A stretch of DNA of 58,922 nt, filler included, from Sphacelaria rigidula (taxonomy: Eukaryota), in NCBI GenBank assembly GCA_964200075.2. It is 10 parts of 10 records of this genome, joined end to end, with 100 filler letters (N's around TTAATTAATTAA, not from the genome) between each part and the next. Parts side by side here need not be neighbours in the genome. Positions count along the whole stretch, not along the records: positions 47,219 to 53,020 come from CAXNAA020024356.1; positions 53,121 to 58,922 come from CAXNAA020024357.1; 8 more parts are not named here. One strand, written 5' to 3'. Position numbers and translations under genes: made by a program. Each line of letters begins with the position of its first letter. Position 1 is the stretch's first letter. Below, piece by piece: positions 48,548 through 58,922 of the stretch. The notes under the pieces were generated by a model, which had not been told where the DNA came from, did no database searches, and worked only from the letters and a program-made list of their open reading frames with translations.

Positions 48548-51500
48548 ATGTCGCACAGAAATAATGCCGGCTCTTCTCCTCAATTGGGAAACCGACCGCT
48601 TCGCCGGACACGGAGCCAAACCACTGGCGGTTCGAAATCTTTTGATATGAGTGTCGCGTCACCTTCGACTACTCGACGCACGTACGCGAGTGCTGCTCGA
48701 TCTTCGGGATCTGAAGACCAACCTTCGAGCGTTGCTCGTTCTTCGGGGCTTGAAGAAAAGACTATGACATCGCGACTTGTTCTCTCCAGTACCGATTCGG
48801 ACTCAGAGAATAGGACCATGCCACCGGCCGAGTCATTGGCTCCTGACAGATATGTCAGTAAACCCATAACGGTGGATTCCGTAGCACCCCCCTCGCTGCG
48901 TCCTATTCTTCCGAATCCCAATGTGGAATCCGAAGACAGGAATGTGCCCCCAGCTGAGTCGTTGCCCCTGGACACAAGTGTCCAGCATGGCCCTGTAACG
49001 GTTGCTTCAACCGTGGCACCGTGTCGAACGACGGTTGACAACTTTCGAGACGACGCAGTCCCGACGAAGCGTATCGCTTCTGGAGCAGGAGATTTTGTCA
49101 CGCGGGTTGCTTCTGTTACGGACCCCAATCGCACGACTCTCGGCAGCCCAATGCGCTCTGCTTCGCAGACCAATGTCGGACCAGCAATCGCTGCCATGCA
49201 GTTTGCCCTGCAGAATTTGCATCGCCCTTCTTCGGCGTCGGCGCACACGCCAGTCTCAGCTCTAATCGAGGCATTTACGGCTTTTTGCCAGGCCACACTC
49301 CAAGACCAATCGTCTTCTGCTCACGTGCAATTCAACGATGACTCTGCACCTGCCGCGCCCAAACCCGTACGTTTTGCGCCCCGATCGGCGACACCGCGTT
49401 CTCCGTTCGTCTCTAATGAGAAATTCAACGAACACGAGTCCAGCCCCTCCTCCACTTCAAACCAAAGTCTTGCTCGCGCTCCTGAACGGCGCCGCACGCC
49501 GACAGTTGGTCACGAACACGTTACCCGTGCTGGCAGTTTCAAGGACAACTCCCAGCACAGCTTGAATTCATCGCGCGTTTTCATACGCCCGAAGAATGTC
49601 GCTCATGGCCGCACATATGAAGGTAGTTCACGACACAGTTCCAATTCATCGCGCACTCCGCAGCGCCCGACGAATGCCGACCGTGACCGTACTCACGAGG
49701 ATAATTCGCGGCACAGATCACGCTCATCGCGCGTTCACTCGCGCTCGAAGAACGCCGATCATGCAACCGCGCGCACCCCTCCTGCTCCGCCTCAGTCACG
49801 CCGCCGTCACGTACGCAATGATTATACTATACATGCTGACGACATCCAGAATATGTTTTCGGACATGTCACCGGCTCTCGAATCCTCAATTAAGGGATCC
49901 AACCGTAATTCATCGCACAACCGGCGACCCCGCAATGACCGCGACCCCCCGTCCCGCTCTAATGCTGTGATTATTCGCTCCCTCCAACAACGACTGACAG
50001 ATCTCGAGCGAGAACTGACCAAGTCAAGAATGGAAAACAAGGGAGTAACCACTTCCGCTGCCGCCGAAATCACCAGGGAAAACAAAGGAGTCACCGCCAC
50101 TGCTACTGCCGCCAACACTGCCGCTGCCCCCGCTGCTGCCATGGCCGCTGCGCCTCCCGCTACGACGACTACAGTCACGGCTCCCACAACCGTTACCGCC
50201 CCGTCTGCCGTCGATACCGACGCTGATAGTGGCCCAACCACTGGTCCCGTCACGGATGCCCCTGTGCCCTCGCCCCCGTTTGTGGAGGATCTCCCTCCGC
50301 TCGGCGACGAGCACTGCCCCACTGGCCTCCTCTTGAGGCTGTTCAGGAACCGTGCCCGCGCGGAACAGTTAATGCCCATCGAGGATTACGCCTTACAAGC
50401 GCCAGCGCTTGCCAAGGACATCAAAGAGCAATATCGTGATGCTGACGCCGCTGCTGCACGCCTCCTAGCGGAAGAACATGCTGACACGCAAAGAGATCTT
50501 CAGCGGCAGGCTTCACACGCACAAACTACGAACCCCGCTGCTCAACGCCTGCTGCAGGAAGGTTGAACTACTGCCATGGCGGCCCAGAGACGAGTGCGGG
50601 ACCTCGAGGACCATGTCCGATGGACCGTTCACGAAGCGGCTACGTCGGTGGCCCGCCTGACCAACCATCAGGCCTCTCCGCCGTCCGCCGGCAACCCGCT
50701 TAGTGGGTGCCCTTCTTACCAGCCTTCGGCTCACAAGGCCCAGCCCAAGACCGGTACGTCGACTTACACTAGTCTACGTAAGTCCGACCAACCGTGGTAT
50801 GCTGCGGCCGCTGCCATCCCCAAGACGGTCCCAACACCCCCGCTTCGAGCAGCTAGCTCGGTGGCCAATGCCGGCCCGACACCAGGCCAGCAACTCATGC
50901 CCCACGAACGAACTTGGCTTTCTGGTTCCGCGGCCGATTATACCGGACTGTTCCTCCGGACCAACCACCTACACTACTCCCGCCAAGCTTGGAACTTGGT
51001 GTCGCAACGTCTCCACCACATTATTACTTTTTCCGTGGACCAGGGCGAATTCTTCCCCGACAACGGCATACCGTGCCTCACCTTGGGCCAACTTGTTCTC
51101 CACATGACCATCGGCGACAGCCCTGATCACCAGCATTACGTCGAAACTCTCACCGATATTTTTGCGGCACTACGTGCCGCTTACCCCTGTGATCCCGGCG
51201 CCACCATCGCCGACGATGACCAGGATGACGATGATTGAAGTCCCACGAGTGCCAACTGCAGAGGCAAGAAGAAGAACTACCGCTGGGATGACGACGACAA
51301 CGGTGGGGGAGGCCCACGCCACCGCCATGGCGGCGGAGAATCCTTCTCGGGCGGTTCCGGACCGAATTGCCCGGTCCACAATAACCGCGGCTCGACCCGG
51401 GAGGAACCAGGAGGCAATTCTCTCGGATCTCCCGCGCCAGGTTGGAACCGGTCTGGCACAGTCCTGCCCCCCTCGGGTTTGGCGACACCCAGGCAAGTGA

Positions 51501-52978
51501 TACCTAAGTTGGCCGATGTTTCGGGTCGCATTTTGGGTTTATCTGATTCGAACACACCAGACCGTATATTGTCTTCTACTGCAGCCCGCGATTTAGCAAC
51601 CGCTGCGGCCGACAAATAACGTTCCGAGGCTATTAAAGAAGCAGCTTCCGATAGGGTCGAGTATGCCCGAGTAGCTGCAAGACAGAGACAGTATATCCAG
51701 ATGGACGTGAAAAAGCTTTGGCATATCAAAAATATGCTTGCTGCGGATAACGAAGATTCGGGACAGTTTACTTTTACCCTCATCACATCCATTATCCGCA
51801 CAGTTTGCGATATCCTTCACTTGGCGGATGCAGCTGGCGTCCAGCGCCTTGAAGATCCCAATTGGGTAGACGGCTGGCAGATCCCATTGCATAAAGCATT
51901 GCATTGATCCATCAGCCGCCGCTCTCCCGACATCGCTGCTTCTTCAACACAGATCCTCGACGGCTTCTTCGCCGAAATGGATCCGGATCGTGCCAAGGGG
52001 AAGACAGGCCCGGTTTTGCTCTCTGATCTGGGAAGGCGTCTGATAGGTCATTTTGACAAAAGTGAGTGAGCAAGCGCCATCCAGAGGCTAACTTATTATG
52101 CTGTCACGTCGGATGTCCCCTTCGCGGATTACCTTCGCGAATATAAGCTTTTGATCTCTGGTACTACGGGTGTCGGACGCCAAAACGGACCGAGCGACGC
52201 AATGTGTCAGACTTACGTTCGCAATAGCGTTGCTCAAGAGTGTTCGGCTCTGATGTCGTCGTTGTTTCCGGGTGTCTTGGCGCATCGCGAGGTGCCTTAC
52301 GCCTCTGTTGATGCTATGCAATCTGCTTTTGTATATCAAGAGGGTAATCTAACGCCCGCCATACGTGGCAAACCTTCTACGCCTCTGCGTTCAGAACCTA
52401 CGGTTGTGTCCTCCGCTCATGCCCAAGGGTCTCGCGGCAGGAATTCGAGATCATCTCGCGCTTCATGGACCCCCCACTCGGTCGCCGGTTCAGTTATGCA
52501 TGTTCAAAGTAGCAGAGATGCATTCAGCGCGAGTGTTGATGGCTGGCCGTTTTCCGAGGAAACTTGGGATGATGTTTATTTGACTTTAACAACGGCATGC
52601 ATGACAGATAATCCCAATTTGTGGAACCTACTTCTTTCGTCTCCTGCTAGACGCAATGCCTTCAGCAGTCATGCCAACAGTTGCATCAACTGTAGTGTTC
52701 AAGGCCACAGTATGCGTGACTGCGACAGTCCATGCATCAATGCCTTTGATCTCATGAACCCTGAATTGCAGGGCAATGAACCCGCGTGGCGCCGATGGCA
52801 AAAACGCATGCGCGACTATCGTCCACCAAATCGAAGTTATCGTAATAATTCGAATTCACGTGGCCACAAAAGCTCCCATCGCGGTCGCCGACAGAACAAC
52901 AATAATGCAAGCACTCGACAGAACGATCAAAATTCTCGCGACAACAAACGACCCCTGATAGGACACTTTCTACGATAG
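48548..52978 (+). pseudogene. Giant Gag-like reading frame (1477 codons) with five internal stops and no frameshift; C-terminal CCHC zinc knuckle
   Basis: The ORFs at 48548, 50576, 51701 and 52151 share one frame. Stops are at 50564, 51236, 51617, 51905 and 52067. Contains CINCSVQGHSMRDC (CX2CX4HX4C) and a long S/T/P/R-rich N-terminus. The 3' end is interrupted by a family C terminus. Confidence 0.8.
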
Positions 52979-53020
52979 CCCCCCCCCAAAACCAGCTAAA
53001 ATTGTCACGAAAAAAATGGC
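52959..53020 (+). repeat. Family C element terminus inserted at the end of the Gag frame
   Basis: TAGGACACTTTCTACGATAG-Cn matches the reverse complement of 75-109. Confidence 0.7.
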
Positions 53021-53386
53021 NNNNNNNNNNNNNNNNNNNNNNNNNNNNNNNNNNNNNNNNNNNNTTAATTAATTAANNNNNNNNNNNNNNNNNNNNNNNN
53101 NNNNNNNNNNNNNNNNNNNNACATTAACTATGGGAATGACGAACACTCATGGGGTTCAAAATTATGCACAGAGGTGCCCCTTCCCCCCCCCCCCCCCCGC
53201 CCTCCCCCTGGCCGGCCTCGTTTTGTTTTCTCGACCTCACTTGTTTTCCCTTGCCTCGGTTTTATCTCCCCTTCGCCCCCCCCCCCCCCTCGGGTCGCTC
53301 TCTACTTACGGTGCTCGGAGCTGTACGATATCGTACCCCTAAAGCGCTTGGCATTGGCCAATTTGGGGGATTATTTTCTACTGTCC

Positions 53387-53784
53387 TGTGACAGTACTGC
53401 ATACCCTGGGCAATACATGGTCAATAGCTGCAATAGACAAGGTATGCACTGCGTAGAGTGCAGGCCTATTGCAACTGTTGCCGCGACACAATAGTTGCAA
53501 TAGGCTGTGATGAATTTACGCCGTTACGTTTAGTTGGTAGTGATGATCTGGATAATGACCGTGGACACGGGGACTCTGGACGATTCTGGAGGATTCTGGG
53601 AGGATTCTGGATAAAGACCGGGGACGCGGGGATGATAACCTAACGAGTCTATGAGGCTCTGCCTGCAAGGGCACTCCAGATGATGAAATGTTGTAAAGGC
53701 TGACAACTGAAACTGAGGACAGTGCGACTGGGGAATCCCTCAAACAGCAGTGATCAAGCAGTTTTTTGTCTGGCTGGCGTCACA
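53387..53784 (+). repeat. 5' LTR (398 bp) of the Ty3/gypsy element
   Basis: TGTGAC...GTCACA termini upstream of gag, with an internal hairpin GCCTATTGCAACT/AGTTGCAATAGGC at 53464-53505. Confidence 0.65.
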
Positions 53785-56700
53785 ATATCGATATTAGTGC
53801 TAGTACCTAACGGAACCTGCTGGAAGAATTTCGGCGGAAGAGTCTGGAAGCTGGGGACAACCTGATTAATCACGGACGCGTGGAGGGGGTTCAAGCTGAG
53901 GTAGCTGCAGAAAGGCGGCTGGCCGGTGATTGATCCAGACTGAAGACTTGCTGAAGCTGCGTGCAGCGGGAGTTCGGACGATCCTACGACTGTGTGGTGC
54001 GGCGACCCAGAAATAGTGAAGTGTGCAATTCGCGGCGGTCCGCTGATCTGCGAAAGGTTCGCACGTAGCCGGCTGCTGCTATGGCGACCGGCTCGCGTGC
54101 TGCGTTCAGCGTGACGCCCGTGGTTATGCGGGAAGAAGTGCGACCTCCCCAATACGGGGATAGGTACTCCTAGAGTATATCTCGCACTTTTTGCACCAAG
54201 TACTTAGAGTACAAGAAGCGTGTGGAGCACCCTAACGCAGGTTGTGCTGTGCGGCATCAGGTGGTGTCGATCGCTCAACACGTGCCAACGTACGTGCAGA
54301 AAGGTTTTGATCGTGTGGAACATGATGAAAGCACAATCACCCCGCCGCAACTAGTTGCGGCGGTCAAAAAGCATGCTGGGCATGCGGCGGGCGCCTTGGT
54401 GGAGCTGACCCAAGCGTTCCCGGCCGTGGCAAAAGCTGTCGCCATGGATTCTCGGGGAGATGCGGTGCTAGAGCGGGTGGAGTCAATTTTGTCAAACCTG
54501 GAGAAGCACTTCACGGAAAATCCGAACGTTGAGCTGATATATCGTTCCCCCGACAGTGAGTTTATTCCCGGCCCTGCTGCAGTAATCACCAAGGGTTTGG
54601 TGTAGGGGTTGGTGTCGGCAAAATTCAAGCAAGCCGTGCTTGTCAAGTTGCAGCACGAGACCAACTGGAAGGCCGAGCCCTACCTTGTAATGAACACCGT
54701 CGTGGCCGAGACCAAGGACTTGCGGAAGATAGAGGTGTTCAGCCAGTTGTCCATCTTCTCGCCGAAGTCTTTGCGCCACCACGGCTCAAAATCAGCCGGC
54801 CGCGCCGCGAGCATCACTTTCCAGCGCTGTGGCCAGGTCGGTCATGACGCGCGCGATTGCCCAACGTCTTCCGGTGGGGAGTCTGGGCAGTCACATGCCG
54901 CGCGCCATCATATCGTCAGCACAAGGGCAAAGGACGAGGTGATCGGTGTGGTGGCGGCGGCGGATCCTCCGGCGGTGGAGGGTCGTAGTTGAGTTCTCAG
55001 CAGCAGCAGCAGCAGGGGCAGCGGCGTCAGCATGGGTCTGGCTCTGGGTCCGGCGCCGCCGCAGGTGCTGCTGCTCCGTAACGAGCGATGCAGGTGAGAC
55101 CGACTTCTACAGTGTCGAACACTGCGCCGGCGTCGGTGGTGGCGCCGGTGGTGGCGCCGGTGGCGACGCCGGCAGCAGCGCCAGGCGCGACGCCCGCTAA
55201 TGTGCTGGTCGGAGTTTCGCCAAATTCTTGGTCTGCTGGCTGACCCACCGGCGGTGCCGTTTGAACCTGCCGGGGCGTCTTTGCCTGCGCAGCCTGCACA
55301 GCCGTGGCGTCAAGTGGGACTAGCGGCGCATCGGTCGGCGGAAGAAGTGCCAGTGGAGTCTGCGGACAAATACGTTCCTACGGAGCTGTGTTTTCCAAAT
55401 CAACGCGAGCGTGGAGCCATTGCGATTTGGGCTGCATTTGATTCTGGAGCCCACTTCACGAGTCTGACGGTGCAGATTGTAGATATGTTGGAAAGTCTTC
55501 TCCCGGGTGTGCCGCTGCGCATTCCGTTCTCGCTCGGGGCGTGGTAGGCCGTCACCGCGTCGGGTCAGCATGTTTTCGTCACGGAGCGTACTGTTCCGCT
55601 TCAGCTGGCTTTCACGACTTCCTGGGGGCCGGCGTCGTTGCCTCCGATCTCGTTTGCGATCATGTCGGGGTCGGATGGCTTTATTCTTCTGGGGTTGCCG
55701 ACGCTTCAGGATCTTGTAGTCGACCTGCATACGCGGTTGTGGGACTCCATGAAGACGCGGATGTCTCCGCCTGGTCCGCGGGTGGAGACGCCCGCCTTTT
55801 TGGGTAGTCGTCGCGTGAGCTTCTCGGTGGATGCTTTTCAGCAGGCTGGGGGGCAGGTGACCGAGGAGCGGGATGAGGCGGTGGAACGCTTGGTAGAGCG
55901 CGGCCCGGAAATGTTCATGGATCCGGCGGAAGAGGAGTCCGCTCGAATGGTCGCGGTGGAGAAGAGCGTGATGGATGCTGTGGCGAAAGGCCTCAGCGTC
56001 TCAAAAGCAGAGCGCCTGCGCGGCATTTTGCATTGCCGCGTCGACGCGTTTCGTCGTGCGCTGTGAGGTGATCCCCTGTGCAAGTGGAGCCCATGCGTGT
56101 TCAGGTAAAATCTGGGGCGTCCGCGGTGAAGACGAAGCCGCGGCGGTACGATCCGGTGACATCGAGTTGGTTAGCGTCGTGCATGGCGGCTCTTTTGGCG
56201 ATCGGGTTGGTGTTCCGGAATTTGCAGGCGGTGTGGTTCAGTGCGGCGGTTCCAAGAAAGGACTCGTTCCTCCTGGTAAGTGACTACAAGACCGTGAATG
56301 AGCAGGTTGAGAAGTTGCCGGTTGTGATGCCCAACCCAGAGTCGGACATGCTTGATCTGTTAAGTGCTCGTTTTTTTGGCAAGCTGAACCTCCTCCAAGG
56401 TTCCTGGCAGATGCCGTTGGTGGAGGAGGCGCAGGATGTTTTCACCATCACGACTCCGTTTGGTTTGTTCACCCCGAAGCGAGTGCCGCAAGGCGTGCTG
56501 AATGCCACGGCATATTTTAAAGACATCATGGCAGAATTTCTCATCGACTGAAAATGCAAGATATGGGTGGATGATGTTTTTTTTTCGCGGACAGCGAAGA
56601 CGAACGTTTAGACACGCTTGATACTATCTTGGCTCGTGTTGAGAGTCTTGGATTGTTTGCGGCTGCGCACAAGTGTACCTTTTGCGCTAGTGAACTCATG

Positions 56701-58811
56701 TGGTGTGGGAAAGTGTACTCACACGGACGCGTATCCCATGTTCCTGTGAGATTGCAATGCTTGTCGGACATGCGGCACCCGGCGACGACCGCAAAACTTA
56801 TGCAATTCCTTCAGGCCGTCAATTTGGCTGCGTACCTCGTTGCCGCGTATGGCAGAAATCGTGGCTCTCTCACATTTTTCCCTCGAAGAACTCATGGCGG
56901 GTGCTACAAGGCGGACGAAGCGTGTGGCACAAACCGCGCTATTCCGCCTGCATCGTGGACGGAGGGCAGGCTGCAGGCGTGGGCGGCAGCGAAGGATCTG
57001 GTGGCCCATGCGGTGACGCTGTTCCATCCTCATCCTGACTGCCAGGTGTTGATGTTTCCGGATGCTTCTGAGTGCCATTAGGGTGGTTTTGTCACGTGGG
57101 TGCCTGACGTTGAAATGCAACGACGCTTGCCGGTCGAGGATATGGCGCATGAACCGCTCGCTTTCCTAAGTGGTAGTTTCAAGGCTTCGCAGTTGCGTTG
57201 GACCACAATTGACAAGGAAGGTTTTGCTATCGTGAGCACTTGTCGTCGTTTGAAGCATCTTTTGTGGGATGGCGTGCATACTTTCACGGATCACCGGAAT
57301 CTCGTGTTTATTTTCAACCTGGACGCGTGCGTTACGTCTGTGTCGACAGCATTGACACAACGTTTGGAGGGTCGGAAAGGTGTTCTTGGCCAGTATCGTT
57401 ACTCGATTTGACACATTTCGGGCAACCGCAACGCGCGGAGTGACTTGCTTTCGCGTCGGGTGAATATTCCTACTTAGCCTGTGCGCGCTGTGACTGTGTA
57501 TGGTCCGTGTGAACCTGATGTCTCGATACCGTCCACATCTGTTGTCCGCCAAGCGCAACGGAAAAATATTGGGGCCAAAGATGCGGATGTGAGATCTTTC
57601 GAGTCGGACGTTGGTACTGCTATCTTGGATAATGAAGGTCTTTATTTTTCGTGTGCATGTGCGAGGCCGAAACTGTATGTGGATTCCGAGTTCTGACAAG
57701 TAGTTTCAGGCACGCCTGATGATTTGCGCGCACATGCGTGACGCCGGGCATCGTGGTGTGGCTGCGATGCTCGTGCGCTTGCAAGAGTTTTGTGTTTGGC
57801 AGCGGATGGAACCTCATGTGCGCGAATTTGTCCGCCAGCGTCTTCACTGTGCTGACTCGAGGGCAGGCAATGTTGTTCCCCGCCCGCTCGGCGAAATGGT
57901 CCATGGGAGCATGCCGAATGACGTCGTTCATTTTGACTTCTTGTACGTGGGCGAGAGTGGCCCGCTAGCTTCCCAAGGTTCGTCGGAGGATGCTGGGTTT
58001 CGATACATTTTGGTAATTATGGATGAATTGAGCAACCTTGCGGCTCTAGAACCAGTGGCAGTATGTGCTGCTGAATCGACTGCTGGACCTTTACTAAATT
58101 GATGCAAGACTTCGGGGGTGCCCCGTGTGTGGGTGAGTGATACCGCCACGCATTTCAAAAACATGATCTTGACCCGACTGCGAGAGGCTTTGCGCGTTGA
58201 TCACCAGTTTGCGGTGGCGTATTCTCCGTGGTCTAACGGTACGTGCGAACGCATGATCAAGGGGGTAGTTCGTGCTCTTCGCTCTATTCTTCTCGAGCAG
58301 CGTAAAGCGGTTTCCGAGTGGGTGGATGTGTTGCAGGCGGTGCAATGGGCGCTCAATACAGCGTATCGTTGTCGTTACGATAGTACACCGTACCACGTAA
58401 TGTTTGGTCGTGCTCCTCGGACGTCTTTCTCGGTGCTGGCGTCTTCGTCGGCGGGGGGATGGAATTGTGATGTCTTGGATGATGGCCAAAGTAAGCGGAC
58501 GTTGCAAGGAGTCTTGGACTTGCAAGAACGTTTCCACGTTCAAGTGTAGGAGCGTGTTGCCGCTGAACGTGCGCGTAGACGTGAGGGGTCCTCGTCGGAG
58601 CTGAAATTGCCGAACTTTGAGGTAGGCGGCTTTGTCTCGTATGCACGCGTGCGTCGTCCGGGCGTTACGCTCAAGTTGATGGTGGCTTGGACTGGTCCGT
58701 GGAGAGTGGTTGATGCTCACCACTCGCACGTGTGTGAGACCCAGAACAGTGTTTCGGATCGTGTTCAGACCGCCCATGTAGTTCGTTTGTGTTTTTATGC
58801 AGAGTCGCAGC
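53387..58811 (+). mobile_element. Decayed near-full-length Ty3/gypsy LTR retrotransposon (gag-PR-RT-RH-IN)
   Basis: Zinc knuckle (F)QRCGQVGHDARDC, protease FDSGAHFTSL, RT (DYKTVN, FFGKLNLLQGSWQMPL, RVPQGVLNATAYF, IWVDDV), RNase H (MFPDAS, DKEGFAIV, TDHRNL) and integrase (AH..DAGHRG, VHFDFL, SDTATHF, SNGTCER). Gypsy domain order, with many stops and frameshifts. Confidence 0.97.
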
Positions 58812-58815
58812 TTAA

Positions 58816-58922
58816 CCCTTTGGGAACTCAAGTGCTGATTCTTGTTTTGTTAATCTTTGTGAATCGGCATCATTTTGACTTGAAAGTGACTGGAAATGAT
58901 GCCGGTTCACCGAAACAAAAAT
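58816..58922. mobile_element. piggyBac-type MITE (truncated by the contig end) inserted in the gypsy 3' region
   Basis: TTAA (58812-58815), then CCCTTTGGGAAC and the same TTTGTGAATCGGCATCAT palindrome arm as 42777-42893. Confidence 0.8.

Larger units (their letters stand above)
5804..53120. other. Nine artificial contig linkers at 5804-5903, 11707-11806, 17609-17708, 23511-23610, 29413-29512, 35315-35414, 41217-41316, 47119-47218 and 53021-53120
   Basis: Identical 100-nt spacers (44N-TTAATTAATTAA-44N, stops in all six frames) recur every 5902-5903 nt. Two contigs of 5803, eight of 5802 and nine linkers sum to 58922. Confidence 0.99.

Noticed and set aside
48580..50379. Long antisense ORFs opposite the Gag and other TE frames
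   Set aside because: They are shadow ORFs expected from GC-rich, low-complexity coding sequence.
48548..52978. TGA recoding (selenocysteine or readthrough) of the long frame
   Set aside because: One stop is TAA, the contexts are not redox motifs, and the neighbouring TEs are equally decayed. Pseudogenisation is simpler.
5804..53120. Regular 5.9-kb periodicity of TTAATTAATTAA, resembling an array
   Set aside because: It is an artificial stop-codon linker between size-sorted contigs, not biological.

Overview
This window is not one locus. It is ten unlinked contigs of 5,802-5,803 bp joined by nine artificial 100-nt linkers (44 N + TTAATTAATTAA + 44 N), so nothing can be inferred across a linker. 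The DNA is eukaryotic, about 50% GC, with short exons, long introns and dense transposable elements. A brown alga or related stramenopile is my inference. Recognisable host gene pieces are a TRF4/PAPD5-type nucleotidyltransferase (3 exons), a cupredoxin-like protein (2 exons), a single-pass membrane protein with two Kre9/Knh1-like domains and an FxNPxY tail (5 exons), and an unknown gene (2 exons). The rest is decayed mobile DNA: a Ty1/copia with LTR and PBS, two related Ty3/gypsy elements, an LTR element with a giant Gag frame, a LINE RT fragment, Academ-like and Sola-like transposase pieces, and a piggyBac-type MITE. The most interesting signal is about ten short retroposon 3' ends in two subfamilies. 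They end in a conserved three-stem RNA fold, lack a poly(A) tail, and sit in C-homopolymer targets with target-site duplications. Second, three LTR elements lack a tRNA-type primer site and have palindromic or self-complementary sequence there instead.
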